Of a stretch of 64,000 nucleotides of DNA, positions 9,989 through 21,394 are shown one piece after another (position 1 is the first letter of the stretch; every line of letters starts with the position of its first letter). Made by a program: the position numbers and the translations under genes. The stretch lies in IMG/VR virus record IMGVR_UViG_3300024272_000023, one strand, 5' to 3'. The DNA comes from a virus (Duplodnaviria; Caudoviricetes). The notes below the pieces were generated by a model that saw only the letters and a program-made list of their open reading frames with translations, did no database searches and was not told where the DNA came from.

Positions 9989-11359
9989 TTTCGTTCTCCT
10001 TTTTATCTCTCAGTTTTAATATCTCAAGTGCCGTCTGATACAGCTCGGGATGTTTCATAATGTCCGAAACATCAAACATATCATTCAGCGTATCTAATGT
10101 ACGCTCGTCGTAATAGTGATACTCTTCAATATATCTGCTTAACTCATTGTTGGGCATATATTCATCACAATATTTACGACAATATATGCAGTGGCCCTTG
10201 GTGCAGTCAGTATGACCGTCTCCGACATCAACGCAACAACAATAGGCGCAATTGTGACAACCGAAATCTTCGCCAAACTGCTCTTTAAGATTGGCTTCTT
10301 TAGCCTGTCTGTAGTCTTCACTTCTCTTTTGCAGAGCCTTCCTGAGGGCATCGATATCCTTTTCTATTTCTTTTAAGTCAATCATTTTGTATTCTCCTTC
10401 GGCAATTCATTAAGGTCAAGTTTATATCTGTTATTATCTATTTCAGCAGAGCTGGCTGACAAGAGTTTTATATCGATGCTCAGATCTACTTCGTTAATCC
10501 CTACTTTGATGGGTATAAAATGACAGTCTCCGTAGTTCTTGTCAATGTGCTCATGGATATAAGCATCTAGGTCTTCGAAAGGAATGTATAAATTTAATCC
10601 GTACATAGTTTTATTGTTCATTATTTTATTCTCCTTTTCTATAAATGGCGTATCTCTTTTGCCAGTCAAATAATCTCTCCATTCTGGTGTCGTGACAACA
10701 ATAATCGCACCACTTTTGTCGCTCCAATAAACATCTGCATTTTCAATTTTTAAAATATCATCATAAGAAGGGTTGGAAGCAAGAGAAGGGAATGCATCTT
10801 GTGTGCCCACTAGCGATCTGCGAACCGTTCTTGTGTAACAACGTTCCTCTTTCGGTTTTGCCACCGGAGGCATAGCAGGACATCGATATTCAGGCGTTTC
10901 GCAACCTGTTTTCTTTTTCTTGCGTTTAAACATTGTTATTCTCCTTTGGCACTGGTGGAATTATAAAATCTTCTATGGGTGCGTAATAGCAAAATCCTTC
11001 AAAAAAGCAAGTAAGTTCTTTTATTGTATCTAGGGTACAGTCATAAAGTGTTTCATTATTAACAACGAAGGTTTTGCTAAAATAACAAGTTTTACAACCT
11101 TTCTTCATCTTTGTTCTGCCTCCCAGTATAAAAATCTTTGTCTGCCGAAGTAGTTTTCGTCTTCGTAATACTGCATTATAGCTTCATATCTTTTGTCCTC
11201 TACGGTATCATAGTAGTGAATATGGTCCATTAAAGTATCGTTGTAATGCTCGTTTATAAACGGCACGAGTTCATCAAAATTGTTAGTTTTGAACGCGCAG
11301 TCGCGCATACCGCCGCTAGGGTAGTAGTTATAGCAGTGAAATAGTAGGTATCTATACAT
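9981..11359 (-). other. run of small hypothetical ORFs (9981-10385, 10382-10933, 10926-11108, 11105-11359)
   Basis: Overlapping stop/start codons and AAGGAG RBSs. Confidence 0.65.
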
Positions 11360-11372
11360 AGTTAGTTCTCCT

Positions 11373-11567
11373 TTATTTCATTATTCCAGTTTCGTCTGGA
11401 CCATTTGTATTCCATTCTTCAATGGCTTCTTCGCGAGTTGGCCTGTATTTGCCTCGTCGATGACAATTCTCGCAGATAACCTGAACATGGATTGTGTGTC
11501 CCCACAATGGGTCTTTGAGGTAAAAAACGCTTGGAATCCAACCACATTTACATTTGTTGGGTGTCAT
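11373..11567 (-). CDS. Lar-like (restriction alleviation) zinc-finger protein
   Basis: CKCG...VICENC...TREEAIEEWN pattern. Confidence 0.55.
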   Translation of the reverse strand: MTPNKCKCGWIPSVFYLKDPLWGHTIHVQVICENCHRRGKYRPTREEAIEEWNTNGPDETGIMK

Positions 11568-12072
11568 AACTGTTCTCCCTTGCTGCTACTTGAATAATTT
11601 TTTCAACATATTGAAGTTCATCAACCTTCTTCTCAAGGTCTTTGATGTAAGTCTGAATAACATCAAGTCCTTCGTTGTGACTAAAGTATCGGCATGTTGG
11701 CTTATCTGCGTTTTCGTAACGATAGGTCACTGGATAGAGTTCGATATCGTCAAAGAATGATTTTCTGTAATGGTTAATAAGTTGATTTATATAAAGCGAT
11801 CTTGTATCTTCCATATTGGTTCTCCTTTAAATAACTAAATATCCAATCCAGCAGCGGCACCATTCATCTTTGTCAATCTTTCCGTCGCCATATCGACGAC
11901 GCTCGATGTTGTAGTCGTATACATAAACCAATTGGCAGGTGAGCCATTCATCGCAATCTTTGGGTTTGCGAACTTTTCTTGTATTAGGGTCAATTATATA
12001 AACATCATTGTTGTTTAAATCTTCTCCGGCTTGGTAGAAAACTATAGTTCCGTGTTGAAATCTGTGTAACAT
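11548..12072 (-). other. two hypothetical ORFs (11548-11814, 11827-12072)
   Basis: Co-oriented ORFs in the operon. Confidence 0.6.
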
Positions 12073-12074
12073 AA

Positions 12075-12770
12075 TTAAACTCCTTGCATGTTATATAAAA
12101 TGCCAAGTACTTTCATATCCATACTCAGCTCCTTTTGAGATCCAAAGGCGTGGGCAACATCAAACTTGCTAGATTTGATTATGTATGTCGCAAATGGAAG
12201 AGAATAACCATCTTCAACAAGAATGTTTATTTCGTACTGGTTAACGGCATTTTGTATAGAACTTTTGAGTGCCATCTTCTTGTATTCTTCGGGCAAGTTT
12301 TGTGCGTCTGTGTCTTTGAGAATTTCATCAATAGAAAGCTCGGATAGAAAAATAATAGATTTAGAGGTAAGTTTATCATAATGGCCTCCCATATAATATT
12401 TTGCACCATTGAAGTCCGTATAAATAGACTCACCATATTTCTTCACGTCAGATACACGCACCAGAGCCTTAACTCTGAAAAATCTATGACTGTAGCCAAT
12501 GCCATAGTAATTATAAACATCATTTATCGACAAGCAGAGGTGGAAGCCACTTTTGCATTCTTTGATGGGTTCATTTTCTGGCATATCGTATTGCACACCA
12601 AGTTCGTACTGATAACCTCTGCACTTCATATCTTTATCCGTGCCTTTGTAGCCTTCGACCCATGCCCATTCTTCTTTGGGCTCGGACGTGGGTTCGGGAG
12701 TCTCTTTGAATGACTCGATAGCTTTATCTATCTCTTGGACTTCTTTGATTGCTTTTTTAAAAAAATTCAT
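12075..12770 (-). CDS. conserved phage protein (YKG.D..M.C..GFH.C family), paralog of 24158-24709
   Basis: WVEGYKGTDKDMKCRGYQYELG...GFHLC...RFFRVKALV. Confidence 0.7.
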   Translation of the reverse strand: MNFFKKAIKEVQEIDKAIESFKETPEPTSEPKEEWAWVEGYKGTDKDMKCRGYQYELGVQYDMPENEPIKECKSGFHLCLSINDVYNYYGIGYSHRFFRVKALVRVSDVKKYGESIYTDFNGAKYYMGGHYDKLTSKSIIFLSELSIDEILKDTDAQNLPEEYKKMALKSSIQNAVNQYEINILVEDGYSLPFATYIIKSSKFDVAHAFGSQKELSMDMKVLGILYNMQGV

Positions 12771-12784
12771 TTGTTACTTCTCCT

Positions 12785-13979
12785 TTAAAAATTCATTGGG
12801 CAAATAGTGATGCCACGCTCTTTGAGGTATTGGATTACTTTATCGGCAGACAGATGTTCCATCATCCAACCAAGCGTAACATCTTTATCTTCCGTATAAA
12901 CATTCTTGTAGGATATTGTATCGAAGTTCTTATACGCAACTCCATCCCAGGCATCCCGATAATAAACGGCAATAGTGGGTTTCGATCTCCAAAATGTCTC
13001 GCTATTATAAACACCATCAAGGAAGTTGTTACTGAGGTATTCGCGAGCTTCGTCAAAAGATGATTTGTCTAATATAAATTTGACGTCGCGGTCTTCGTCT
13101 GTGCAGCAGTATCCGATGCGGCCAACTACACGCCATTTTGCATCATCAACGGAAACATAACTGGTTACTTTATATACTTTTAGCATGGGCGGTTCTCCTT
13201 TACACATCTGTACCAATAGCAAAGCCGCAGATCCACCCAAAACCTACTGCCTGTATCAACAGGGTGATTTGTGTGAGGGGTTTTGTGCCGGGTACGCAAA
13301 ATGATATGATTAAAACAATTGCTGCGACGATAGCGAGGGCGCCGTAGGCCCATTTAAATAGTTTCATAATCAATTCTCCTTCAGTTTAATCTTATATCCG
13401 AGTGCCTTTTCGATCTCGTCAAGCGTCATCTCGTGGACTTTTTCTTCGAGACGGGTGAGAGTGAAGAAGTCGCCTTTCTCATTAAACGGCTTGGCATACA
13501 ATAAACCAAAGCCAAGATCCACATCAACAATTTTATATGGCACATTAAAACAATCATATCCACTGCTTATATTAACTTCGCAGTCAGGAGAAATGTGGAG
13601 GTCGATCTTGGGGATAGACGCTTCATAATAACCCTGCTTATCTTCGTAGAAGAATTTTGCCGAGAGGTAATATTTATTATTTTCTTGATAAAGTTGTAAG
13701 TCTGTAAGCTTCATTTTAGTTCTCCTTAAAATATTTCTCGTATTCTGCCTCGGGGCAGTCCATGTAGTTAAGCGGGTGATCATCGTGCCATTCGCCGATG
13801 TCGGCAGATGTAAGGCGGACGTGGTCTACAAGTAGTTCGTCACGCAGACGCCACATTATGTAGTCTTCGAGGTCTTGCTCGCCGAAAGAGCCGTCGATAT
13901 CGGTTAGGTAGGCGGTTAGTTTAAATAGTTTGGCCATTTTGTTCCTCCTTTGATGCGTATATGATTTGATCAAACTCAA
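12785..13979 (-). other. three hypothetical ORFs (12785-13240, 13370-13783, 13716-13979; true starts probably internal)
   Basis: Internal AAGGAG RBSs precede MLKVY, MKLTD and MAKLF. Confidence 0.6.
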
Positions 13980-14463
13980 TGTCGTTGTAATTAATTCCAG
14001 CAGAATCTCTTTTGTTTAAGTATTCGACAGAGATGTTATCTCTTGTCATTACTCTTTTCTTCCTATCTTCTTCGTCGGCAACCATAAGAATCTTGGTATC
14101 GCACATCTTCCAATAGTGGGTGTGGGGTAAAAGAATCCAGTCAAGAATAACATTGGAATGTGAGTTTAGAAGAGTATCTATCTCGTTCTTCATCCTGCTC
14201 CATACTAGATCACTCAGACTTTTGTAAAGATGTCGGTTGGCAAACACCAAGTCTCCAATGTATTTTCTGTCCACTGAGCCGTTTACCACGCTATCCTCTC
14301 CAAATAGTTCAAGTAACTTATTTTTAATGCTGTCAGATTCAAGAACTTTATGCCCAATGTCATCGATATGGACAACAAAGCATCCGTTCTCTTTTGCAAG
14401 CTCTTTGGCATAGGTTGATTTGCCAGAACCAGATTTTCCTGTTATTCCTATAATCATCTGCAA
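13921..14463 (-). CDS. coaE: dephospho-CoA kinase
   Basis: IIGITGKSGSGKST, IDDIGH, FG...VDRK.IG.LVF, R.KRVM.RD. Confidence 0.85.
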   Translation of the reverse strand: MQMIIGITGKSGSGKSTYAKELAKENGCFVVHIDDIGHKVLESDSIKNKLLELFGEDSVVNGSVDRKYIGDLVFANRHLYKSLSDLVWSRMKNEIDTLLNSHSNVILDWILLPHTHYWKMCDTKILMVADEEDRKKRVMTRDNISVEYLNKRDSAGINYNDIEFDQIIYASKEEQNGQTI

Positions 14464-14930
14464 TTCTCCTTTAAGTATTTATTAATTGCGCCGGGTACAT
14501 AAGAAGATATTGACTCATTGTTAGCAAGTAGCGTTTTAATCATCGTAGAGCTTACATTCTTATTGACGTCTGCTCGGATAAAAATGGTATTGATGTTGCC
14601 AATATCCTTATTAAACTCTGCGAGGTTTTCTTCGTAAGAGTAGTCGAGACCATTATTTCGAACCCCACGAACAATGTAATCACAATGAAGTCTTTTAGCT
14701 TCTTTGTAGATAAGATTGCTTTCAGAGATAACTACCTCTACATTATCAAAGTAATTTGGGATAGACTTGCAAATTAACTCCTTGGATGTTGCAAGATTAA
14801 TAAGCCGTTGCTTATTTGGGTGCTTCATAACCACGACATATACTTTGTCAAAGATATCTGCTACGTGATTAAGTACATTTAAGTGTCCATTCGTGAATGG
14901 ATCAAAACTTCCTGGGTAAATTGCAACCAT
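14454..14930 (-). CDS. coaD: phosphopantetheine adenylyltransferase
   Basis: AIYPGSFDPFTNGH, IVRGVR, YE...A.FN, VSST.IK, YVP; start placed at MVAIY after GGAGG. Confidence 0.9.
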   Translation of the reverse strand: MVAIYPGSFDPFTNGHLNVLNHVADIFDKVYVVVMKHPNKQRLINLATSKELICKSIPNYFDNVEVVISESNLIYKEAKRLHCDYIVRGVRNNGLDYSYEENLAEFNKDIGNINTIFIRADVNKNVSSTMIKTLLANNESISSYVPGAINKYLKENCR

Positions 14931-14943
14931 TAGTTCTTCCTCC

Positions 14944-17042
14944 TTAGAGTCGTATATCAAAATTGTCTAACAATTCTGTTTCGGCAAATACCCTATTGAT
15001 AAATATATTCACAGAATCTTTCTTGCCGCTCAGTTTGATTTTAGCTCGCTCTGCGTCTGTGTATTTAACAACAATTCTAACAGCAAGCTCTGTGTTAATA
15101 CCATCGTTAAACATAAATGCCGCCTTCGTAAATACTGTAACGGCAGATGATGCTGGACAGTATTTATATCTGCTACTCAAAATCTGTTCTGGAGTGTCGT
15201 ACAAAAAAATCCTTTTGCTCTGAATTTTAATGGTTTTTGTCATTAGTTCTTCCTCCTACATCCGTGCTCGATAAGTTCTTGTTTGAGCTTTTCTTTTTCT
15301 TTGCGAAGATAAACAAGCATCTTCTGACACCATTGTCTGTCGCAGACGCCATTCAATAGCATTGCGGCAACGTCATCATAGTCCTCAAGTAATTTTAGTA
15401 CTCCGTCTAGTCTAGTCATTGGTTTTCTCCTTTACTGTATATGGATTATCTTCTTCGAGCTCATCGGTGTCATACCAAGTATCTCCAAACTTAATTCTTT
15501 CGAAGTAGTCGCCACAATGGTCGCACGTAAGCTCGGATTTATTGTTGTGGACGATGCCGCAGTTTGGGCAGTCAATTGTGTAAGTCATCATTAATTCTCC
15601 TTCTTGTCTATAAAGAATGTTTCTGCGTCAAACCACTTATCCTTAAGAATATTGCCGATAATCTTAACTTGGTCGCCCCAACCCTTGGTGGCTGCACGCA
15701 CATATTTGCCCTTAAGATCCTGAAATCTTTCGACACCAACAGTATCCATAATTCTCATTAAGTATTCCATGCCGGCGGCACTACCATCAAAGAAGTCATC
15801 GTCTGCGCCGAGATAACCCTTGCCGAGACAATAACCGCCATAAGTGACGCCCCAGCCTTCGCCTTGAAGTGTCATTGCCAAAGTGAGGCATCCGTAGTCG
15901 GCCATACTGAGGTCTACCTTTTCGATAAGTGCGTTTTCAATTGTGTAACCGAGTTCAATTAATTTGTTGTAATCATAATTTTTCATTTTATTTTCTCCTT
16001 ATTCATAGTCTTTCACGCCCATCGCGTCTTTGATGTCATATTCAAGGATTGTTGAGTTCTCAAGAATATACTCATCTCCCTTAATATAATCTTCAATGGC
16101 TGCCTGTAAGGTCATATGGTATTTTAAATCAGTGCCGTATTGCCGAAGAAACTTATCTGTGTGCATCTCAAGATAGTTGAGGCAGTCTAATGTTGCTTCG
16201 GTAGCTTGTTCTTGAAGATCGCGAGCTCGGTCTAGGAGAGCTAGGGCGCGGTTAAGTTCGTTGTTGGTATTTTTCATCATTCTCTCTCCTTTACTGTATA
16301 AATCTTGCCTTCTTGGTCAAGGATCTCGTATTTGTCTAGGAACTCGTTCATTGAGACGGAGTCGTCGATGGTGACTTTGTATTCAATGTGGTCAATGTCG
16401 TTTGTGTTATTTAGGAATCCTAAGAGCGCCACCGTCAACATCATCATTATCAACAACAAGCTAACGACCCCTAGTGTGACTTTTCCCTCACAAAACCCAT
16501 ATGTCGCCAAAGCAACAAATCCAAACATCAATACAAATGCTATTGCACCAATCCATATTGGCAAAAATGTATTGTAAATTGTTTCTGAGCTTAAAATTTC
16601 TATGCCGTTCATTTGTTAATCCTCCTTATCACAAATTATATAGAATATTTTCGGCAAAGCCTTTCAAAGCACCTCTAGTACTTTCTGCCGTCATTTCTAT
16701 ATGGTCTAGTCTATCATTTTGTTGTGTCATCTCAGTTTCGTGCTCATAGGCCAAATCTTCAAGGGCTTTTGCTAAAGCGAGAAGACCTTCACTTAATTTG
16801 TTCATTACTTTATCTCCTTTCAACCATCATTCTTCGTAATAATTTTTATCCATCTCATATTCTTCAAAGCCATACTCGGCTCGGCCCTTGGTCCACTTCT
16901 TGGCAACCTCTTCGTACTCTGCAATGGCTTCTTTGGCTTTGGCTTCGGTTGAATGAACACTCATGACTCTAAAGCATTCTTCATATTCTACTACCATATA
17001 TTCACATACTACATATACTTTCATTGCTCTACTTCCTTCCAA
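14944..17042 (-). other. run of small hypothetical ORFs (14944-15243, 15591-15986, 15999-16280, 16277-16612 with two TM segments, 16629-16823, 16827-17042)
   Basis: Co-oriented ORFs with RBSs. Confidence 0.6.
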
Positions 17043-17371
17043 CCATTTCGTTCAATAATCCGTCTCATATTAGCAACACCAACAGGGTTCGCACTGTGGA
17101 TGCGAATAGGGTAGTTGCGGCCAGTCTCTTCAAGCCAATCGAGGAGGCGAATGTAGTCGCCACCATCCCAAGCATAAACTCCCGCATCATGATCCATGTC
17201 AATAAGTTCACATTTAATAACGCTACATAATTGTTCTTCGTAATGGCATAACTGTTTAAGCCTGTCAGCATGTTGTTCGAACAAGTCGAGGAAATTAATG
17301 GCTGAATTTACAGATTTATACCAAACATATCCCTTAGGTGCAGGTCTTACATCATCTAACCAAAGCTTCAT
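17021..17371 (-). CDS. cyclic-phosphate-processing receiver-like domain protein
   Basis: MKLWLDDVRPAP, DMDHD, IHSANPVG motifs. Confidence 0.75.
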   Translation of the reverse strand: MKLWLDDVRPAPKGYVWYKSVNSAINFLDLFEQHADRLKQLCHYEEQLCSVIKCELIDMDHDAGVYAWDGGDYIRLLDWLEETGRNYPIRIHSANPVGVANMRRIIERNGWKEVEQ

Positions 17372-17919
17372 ATGCCAAGAACTCCTTTAATTTCGTTTAT
17401 TATACTCTGATAACCCTCATCATCACCATTGACCGTTCTGTATTCAATACCAGCTATACTAAGAAGATTTTTAATAGGCTCGCCCAAAGCGTCGCTCTCG
17501 GCTTCTGTTTGGTTTCTGCCTTTGGGGTTATATGGTTTAACACGGTTTATGTAATAGTTGTAATTGCGATATGTATCAAATACGCTCAGAACGACCGCAT
17601 TAAACTTTTCGCCAAGAGCAGAACTGTGATTATAAATAATGCTTAAGGGCAGTGGACTGTCCGTCACGATCACATCTACATCATTTCTGCACCTTGCAAG
17701 ACGGTATGACTGCTTGCCAAATACATATTCTTGGCATCCTAGCGCGGTGGCGTTATGCTCCCAAGTCTTATCTTTAGCAAACTCTGTTACTAGTTCTGCG
17801 TTGACTCCAGCCTTCTTTAAGGCTGCAAATACTTCGGCGGCTCCAGTACTCTTGCCTGAACCAGGAGGGCCAAACAGGTTTATTACGATAGGCTTCTTGT
17901 TCTCAGATATAGTATTCAT
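17368..17919 (-). CDS. P-loop nucleotide kinase/ATPase (NadR/AAA_28-like)
   Basis: INLFGPPGSGKST, EFAK, VTDSPL, GRNQ. Confidence 0.8.
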   Translation of the reverse strand: MNTISENKKPIVINLFGPPGSGKSTGAAEVFAALKKAGVNAELVTEFAKDKTWEHNATALGCQEYVFGKQSYRLARCRNDVDVIVTDSPLPLSIIYNHSSALGEKFNAVVLSVFDTYRNYNYYINRVKPYNPKGRNQTEAESDALGEPIKNLLSIAGIEYRTVNGDDEGYQSIINEIKGVLGI

Positions 17920-17922
17920 TTG

Positions 17923-18285
17923 TTATTTCTCCTTAAGTTTTAATTTTTGACGAGTTGTGCCGTTATCGTAATATTCGGTAATCAGATCACATTTTACGGT
18001 CGTGCCAATTTTGTCCTTGTAATAGTCATAAAGTTCTTTGTCGTCTACTGTCAAGGTCACGTCTTCGTATGTGAAGGTCACCTCATATTTTGCAGGGTGA
18101 GATATTGGTATCATAGTCTTGCCGGTTGACATCATTTGAACCCAGGCGGCTCTATGATAAATATCTGTAACGGTTGCATCTACTTCTTGAATCTCGGTGT
18201 TTATCAATTCTGCACATCCAGTGAAGCAGAAGATGGAGGTTATGATCAATACGATAGTTAATATTATGCCGATTATCATTTTCAT
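17923..18285 (-). CDS. putative lipoprotein/membrane protein
   Basis: Hydrophobic N-terminus ending FTGC. Confidence 0.55.
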   Translation of the reverse strand: MKMIIGIILTIVLIITSIFCFTGCAELINTEIQEVDATVTDIYHRAAWVQMMSTGKTMIPISHPAKYEVTFTYEDVTLTVDDKELYDYYKDKIGTTVKCDLITEYYDNGTTRQKLKLKEK

Positions 18286-18729
18286 TTGTTATTTTCCTTT
18301 ATAAATTTTTCGTATTTGGGCTCACTAAAATACCACTTGAGGTATTTGATAGGGTGCTTGAGGGACGGGCATTGAGAAGCCCATTTGTGCCAGGCGTCCC
18401 AATAGTCAAACCATGCGATAAATTCAAGATCAAACGTGTATGCCATTGTTGTTTTCCTTTCTAATCATTTTACGAGTTAATCTCAACAGTGGCTGCACAA
18501 ACATCACCAAAGACGTACTCGCCACTAATACGTTCCACAAACATCTGCGGCACATCAAAAAATACATCAATAAAGTCTACAGACATTGTCGCACGAATAT
18601 AATCCATATCTCGATCAGTCAGCTCGATAAATGTTCCTTCTTGTGCGTTTGGGTGATAAGCAAGTGGTAAAAGGGTAAGGTAATTTGAGTAGAGCATAAG
18701 TTAATTCCTTTCTTAATCATTTTGTGGTG

Positions 18730-19116
18730 TTAGATTTCATCGTTGTTTGCTTCGGCCAACTTACGCTGAACGGTCTTAACGTTGCAACCAAGATTGTCGG
18801 CAATTTCTTCTTCAGACAACCCCTGTCTCTGCAGATATAACACATCCTCTACAGAAAACTTTTCTGGTCTACCGCCTTTCTTACCGTTAGCCACACAAGT
18901 GTTATAGCGCTTCTTAGACTTATCAATTAGGGCAGCACACATTCCGGTTACGGTTCCGACAATGACGGGATCATCTGATGTTATTTTGCCTGTGACTCCA
19001 TAATAGATAATTTGTTTTGCTAGCTCACTTGCTATTTCTGGTTTTCCAGCGGCGTCGTATCCTTCTAGGATGTCGCACCAACTGGCTAGAAATAGGAAAT
19101 TTTCTTTATTAGACAT
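18730..19116 (-). CDS. DUF6291-like N-terminal domain plus C-terminal HTH
   Basis: ENFLFLASW...IIYYGVTG...NGKKGGRP, then EEIADNLGCNVKTVQR; start at MSNKE after GGAGG. Confidence 0.65.
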   Translation of the reverse strand: MSNKENFLFLASWCDILEGYDAAGKPEIASELAKQIIYYGVTGKITSDDPVIVGTVTGMCAALIDKSKKRYNTCVANGKKGGRPEKFSVEDVLYLQRQGLSEEEIADNLGCNVKTVQRKLAEANNDEI

Positions 19117-19151
19117 AACCAGTCCTCCAATCATTTTGTTTTGTCGAGGAT

Positions 19152-19213
19152 ATAATAACATATAACCAATGCATTGTCAATAGGTTTAAGTAATCGTTTA
19201 CAATTTATTTACA
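19152..19213 (-). promoter_or_regulatory. sigma-A promoter of the left-arm operon with TGTAAA-N5-TGTAAA box
   Basis: TGTAAA-N5-TGTAAA-N16-TTGACA-N17-TATTAT, then ACAAAATGAT at 19130-19139. Confidence 0.8.
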
Positions 19214-19423
19214 AATTGCCCAGACAAAACCTATAAGGGCTTCGGTTATGTCTACGGAATGGGAAAATCCTAAGGGACAAAACCCACGACAAAACCAAAA
19301 TAATACCTTGAAAAGGAAAAGGAGAAGGAAAAAGAAAAGGAATATATATTATGTATAAATACATAATATTTTCGGAATTATGTCCTACGGAGCATAATCC
19401 GAGGAGCGAAAACGCTACACTTC

Positions 19424-19965
19424 GGGGAATGGGGCCTGGGGACAAGGGAGCTGGGTATTCGGTACGGGGTCGGGAGGAGTTCGTGGTGATGGGATTTGGT
19501 ATAGGGGTCTAGGTACTGGGACCAGGGGCATTGGATCTGGGTGTAGTTTGAAGTACCCCGGGGTATAGGGAGGAGGTATTATTGGGGATGTGGAAAGTAC
19601 CCCGGAGGGGCGTTGAGAATGGATTGGGGGTGGGATTTGCTTTGGGTTTAGGGGACAGGGGACTCGGAATAGGGGCATTTTGTGGCTTGGGGCGTTAATT
19701 AATTAAATAGGTAGGAAAAGGCTTGGGAAGTGGTAACGGATTAGGTGACAGCACTGTGAAATTTGTCACGCAGCGAGTGACAAGGAAAGGGTGTGGGTTT
19801 TGCTTTGGGGATGGCGATTCGGGTGTGGGGATGTGGAAAAGGGTGTGGATAAGTGGGGAAAGAGTGGGGATTTGCTGGTGAGAGGGAGTGTGGAAAACTT
19901 AGGGTTGGTTTGGAGGGGAAGAAAGGGGCTTAAAATGGGGTAAAATTGGGCTGAATTTGGGGCTT
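19424..19965. other. non-coding G-run-rich tract at the strand switch
   Basis: Dozens of G3-G5 runs on the plus strand, few C; only low-complexity Pro-rich shadow ORFs. Confidence 0.75.
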
Positions 19966-20692
19966 TTATTTTGCAGTTAGTGTCTAAAAAGACTACCCAC
20001 CCCGGAACGGGTAAAAACAGGCTCAACCTATGGTTTTTTCTACCCCCACTACCCCAAAAAATTCATATTTTTTATGGCTATGATATAATGGTATCACCGA
20101 GAGGGAAAACAACCTTCAAGGGAACACAACCACCCAAAATTTTAACATCGTTTCAACGGTTGTGTTATAATAAAGATGTCGAGAGGACAACAAGTCCAAA
20201 CTGATTTGCTCTTGACAAAATACGCAAATATCTTTGCTCATTGAAATCTTAATAGGTAGTGTATGCAATAGGACACACAACGGCTATACGAGCCGAGTCA
20301 TACCCTAATTGACTGAATACATAGGTGATGTGGTAGACACGATATACTATGTAAAATGTGCGTGTGTGGTTGTATCGTTCCATATACTAATATATGGGAG
20401 ATTTACTATGTTTGAAAATGCACAAAAACTTGAAATCAAGGTAAGAGTCAAGTCCACAAGTCAAGAACTCTGTTGTATCATTGATGTTGCAAATTGCAAC
20501 AACAAGTGGAATATAATTGAGCCATTACTTGACGGATATACTAAGGAATTTGGCAAAATTTACTGGTCAATTCGAGTTATTGAGTAAGCACAAACTTACC
20601 ATATGCCAATAATATATTGGTATATGGAACGGTATAACCGTTCATAAAAAACATTATGATTTGCCCCGATAGGGCAGGAAAGAGGTATTTTT

Positions 20693-21394
20693 ATGAATAA
20701 CACACAGAACACAAACAAGGCACTCGTTGACGCATTGGTATTCAACAACAGATTTGCAAACAAGTCCGTTGATGGAGAGCAAATCACTGCAGAGGGACTT
20801 TCTACTTGGAAGGGACTTGTTGACAAGCTTCACAGAGCCGCTTACAAGGCATACGTTGTATGCGAAAATAGCGGACTTAAGGCAGAGTCTACAGACATCG
20901 ACAAGACCGAAATCTTTACTGCAATTCGTGAAATCCTTGCCGACATCGGAGAGGTAAACTCTCACAAGATGTATGCCAACGCTGAAATGGCTGTCGCAGT
21001 AATTGGATACTCTGGTAAGCGTGCGAATAAGGACGCTCCTGAGCTTCAGTACTGCGTGAGCCGTATTCGTAACACTCAGAAGGAAATCTCTGATTATGAG
21101 AAGCTGAACGTTACCGATGCCGAGTACAAGGCAAATAAACTTGCCGAAATGAACGCATCTCTTGAGGCACTTGAAGAGGAGAAGTCTACGCTCTTGAAGA
21201 CTGCCGATATGAGAATTAAGCAGCCCACACGCACAAGTACCAATGCATTCCGTCTTGATGTAGAGCATTATCTTGCTCGTGCCATCACAGGTCAGCTTGC
21301 GAAAACCCTTGAGGAGCTTGACGCAGAGGACGCAGAGCGTAAGGCTAAGCGTGCAGCAGCAGCCAAGGCTCGTAAGGCTAAGAAGAATGCATAA
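20693..21394 (+). CDS. hypothetical coiled-coil protein, probably highly expressed early gene
   Basis: 233 aa, strong codon bias (AAG/GAG/CTT), Lys/Ala-rich tail, hairpin GCGAGGGGCA/TGCCCCTTGC after the stop. Confidence 0.8.
   Translation: MNNTQNTNKALVDALVFNNRFANKSVDGEQITAEGLSTWKGLVDKLHRAAYKAYVVCENSGLKAESTDIDKTEIFTAIREILADIGEVNSHKMYANAEMAVAVIGYSGKRANKDAPELQYCVSRIRNTQKEISDYEKLNVTDAEYKANKLAEMNASLEALEEEKSTLLKTADMRIKQPTRTSTNAFRLDVEHYLARAITGQLAKTLEELDAEDAERKAKRAAAAKARKAKKNA

Noticed and set aside
19209-20026. Pro-rich minus-strand ORFs
   Set aside because: Artefacts of the G-run tract; low complexity and no RBS.
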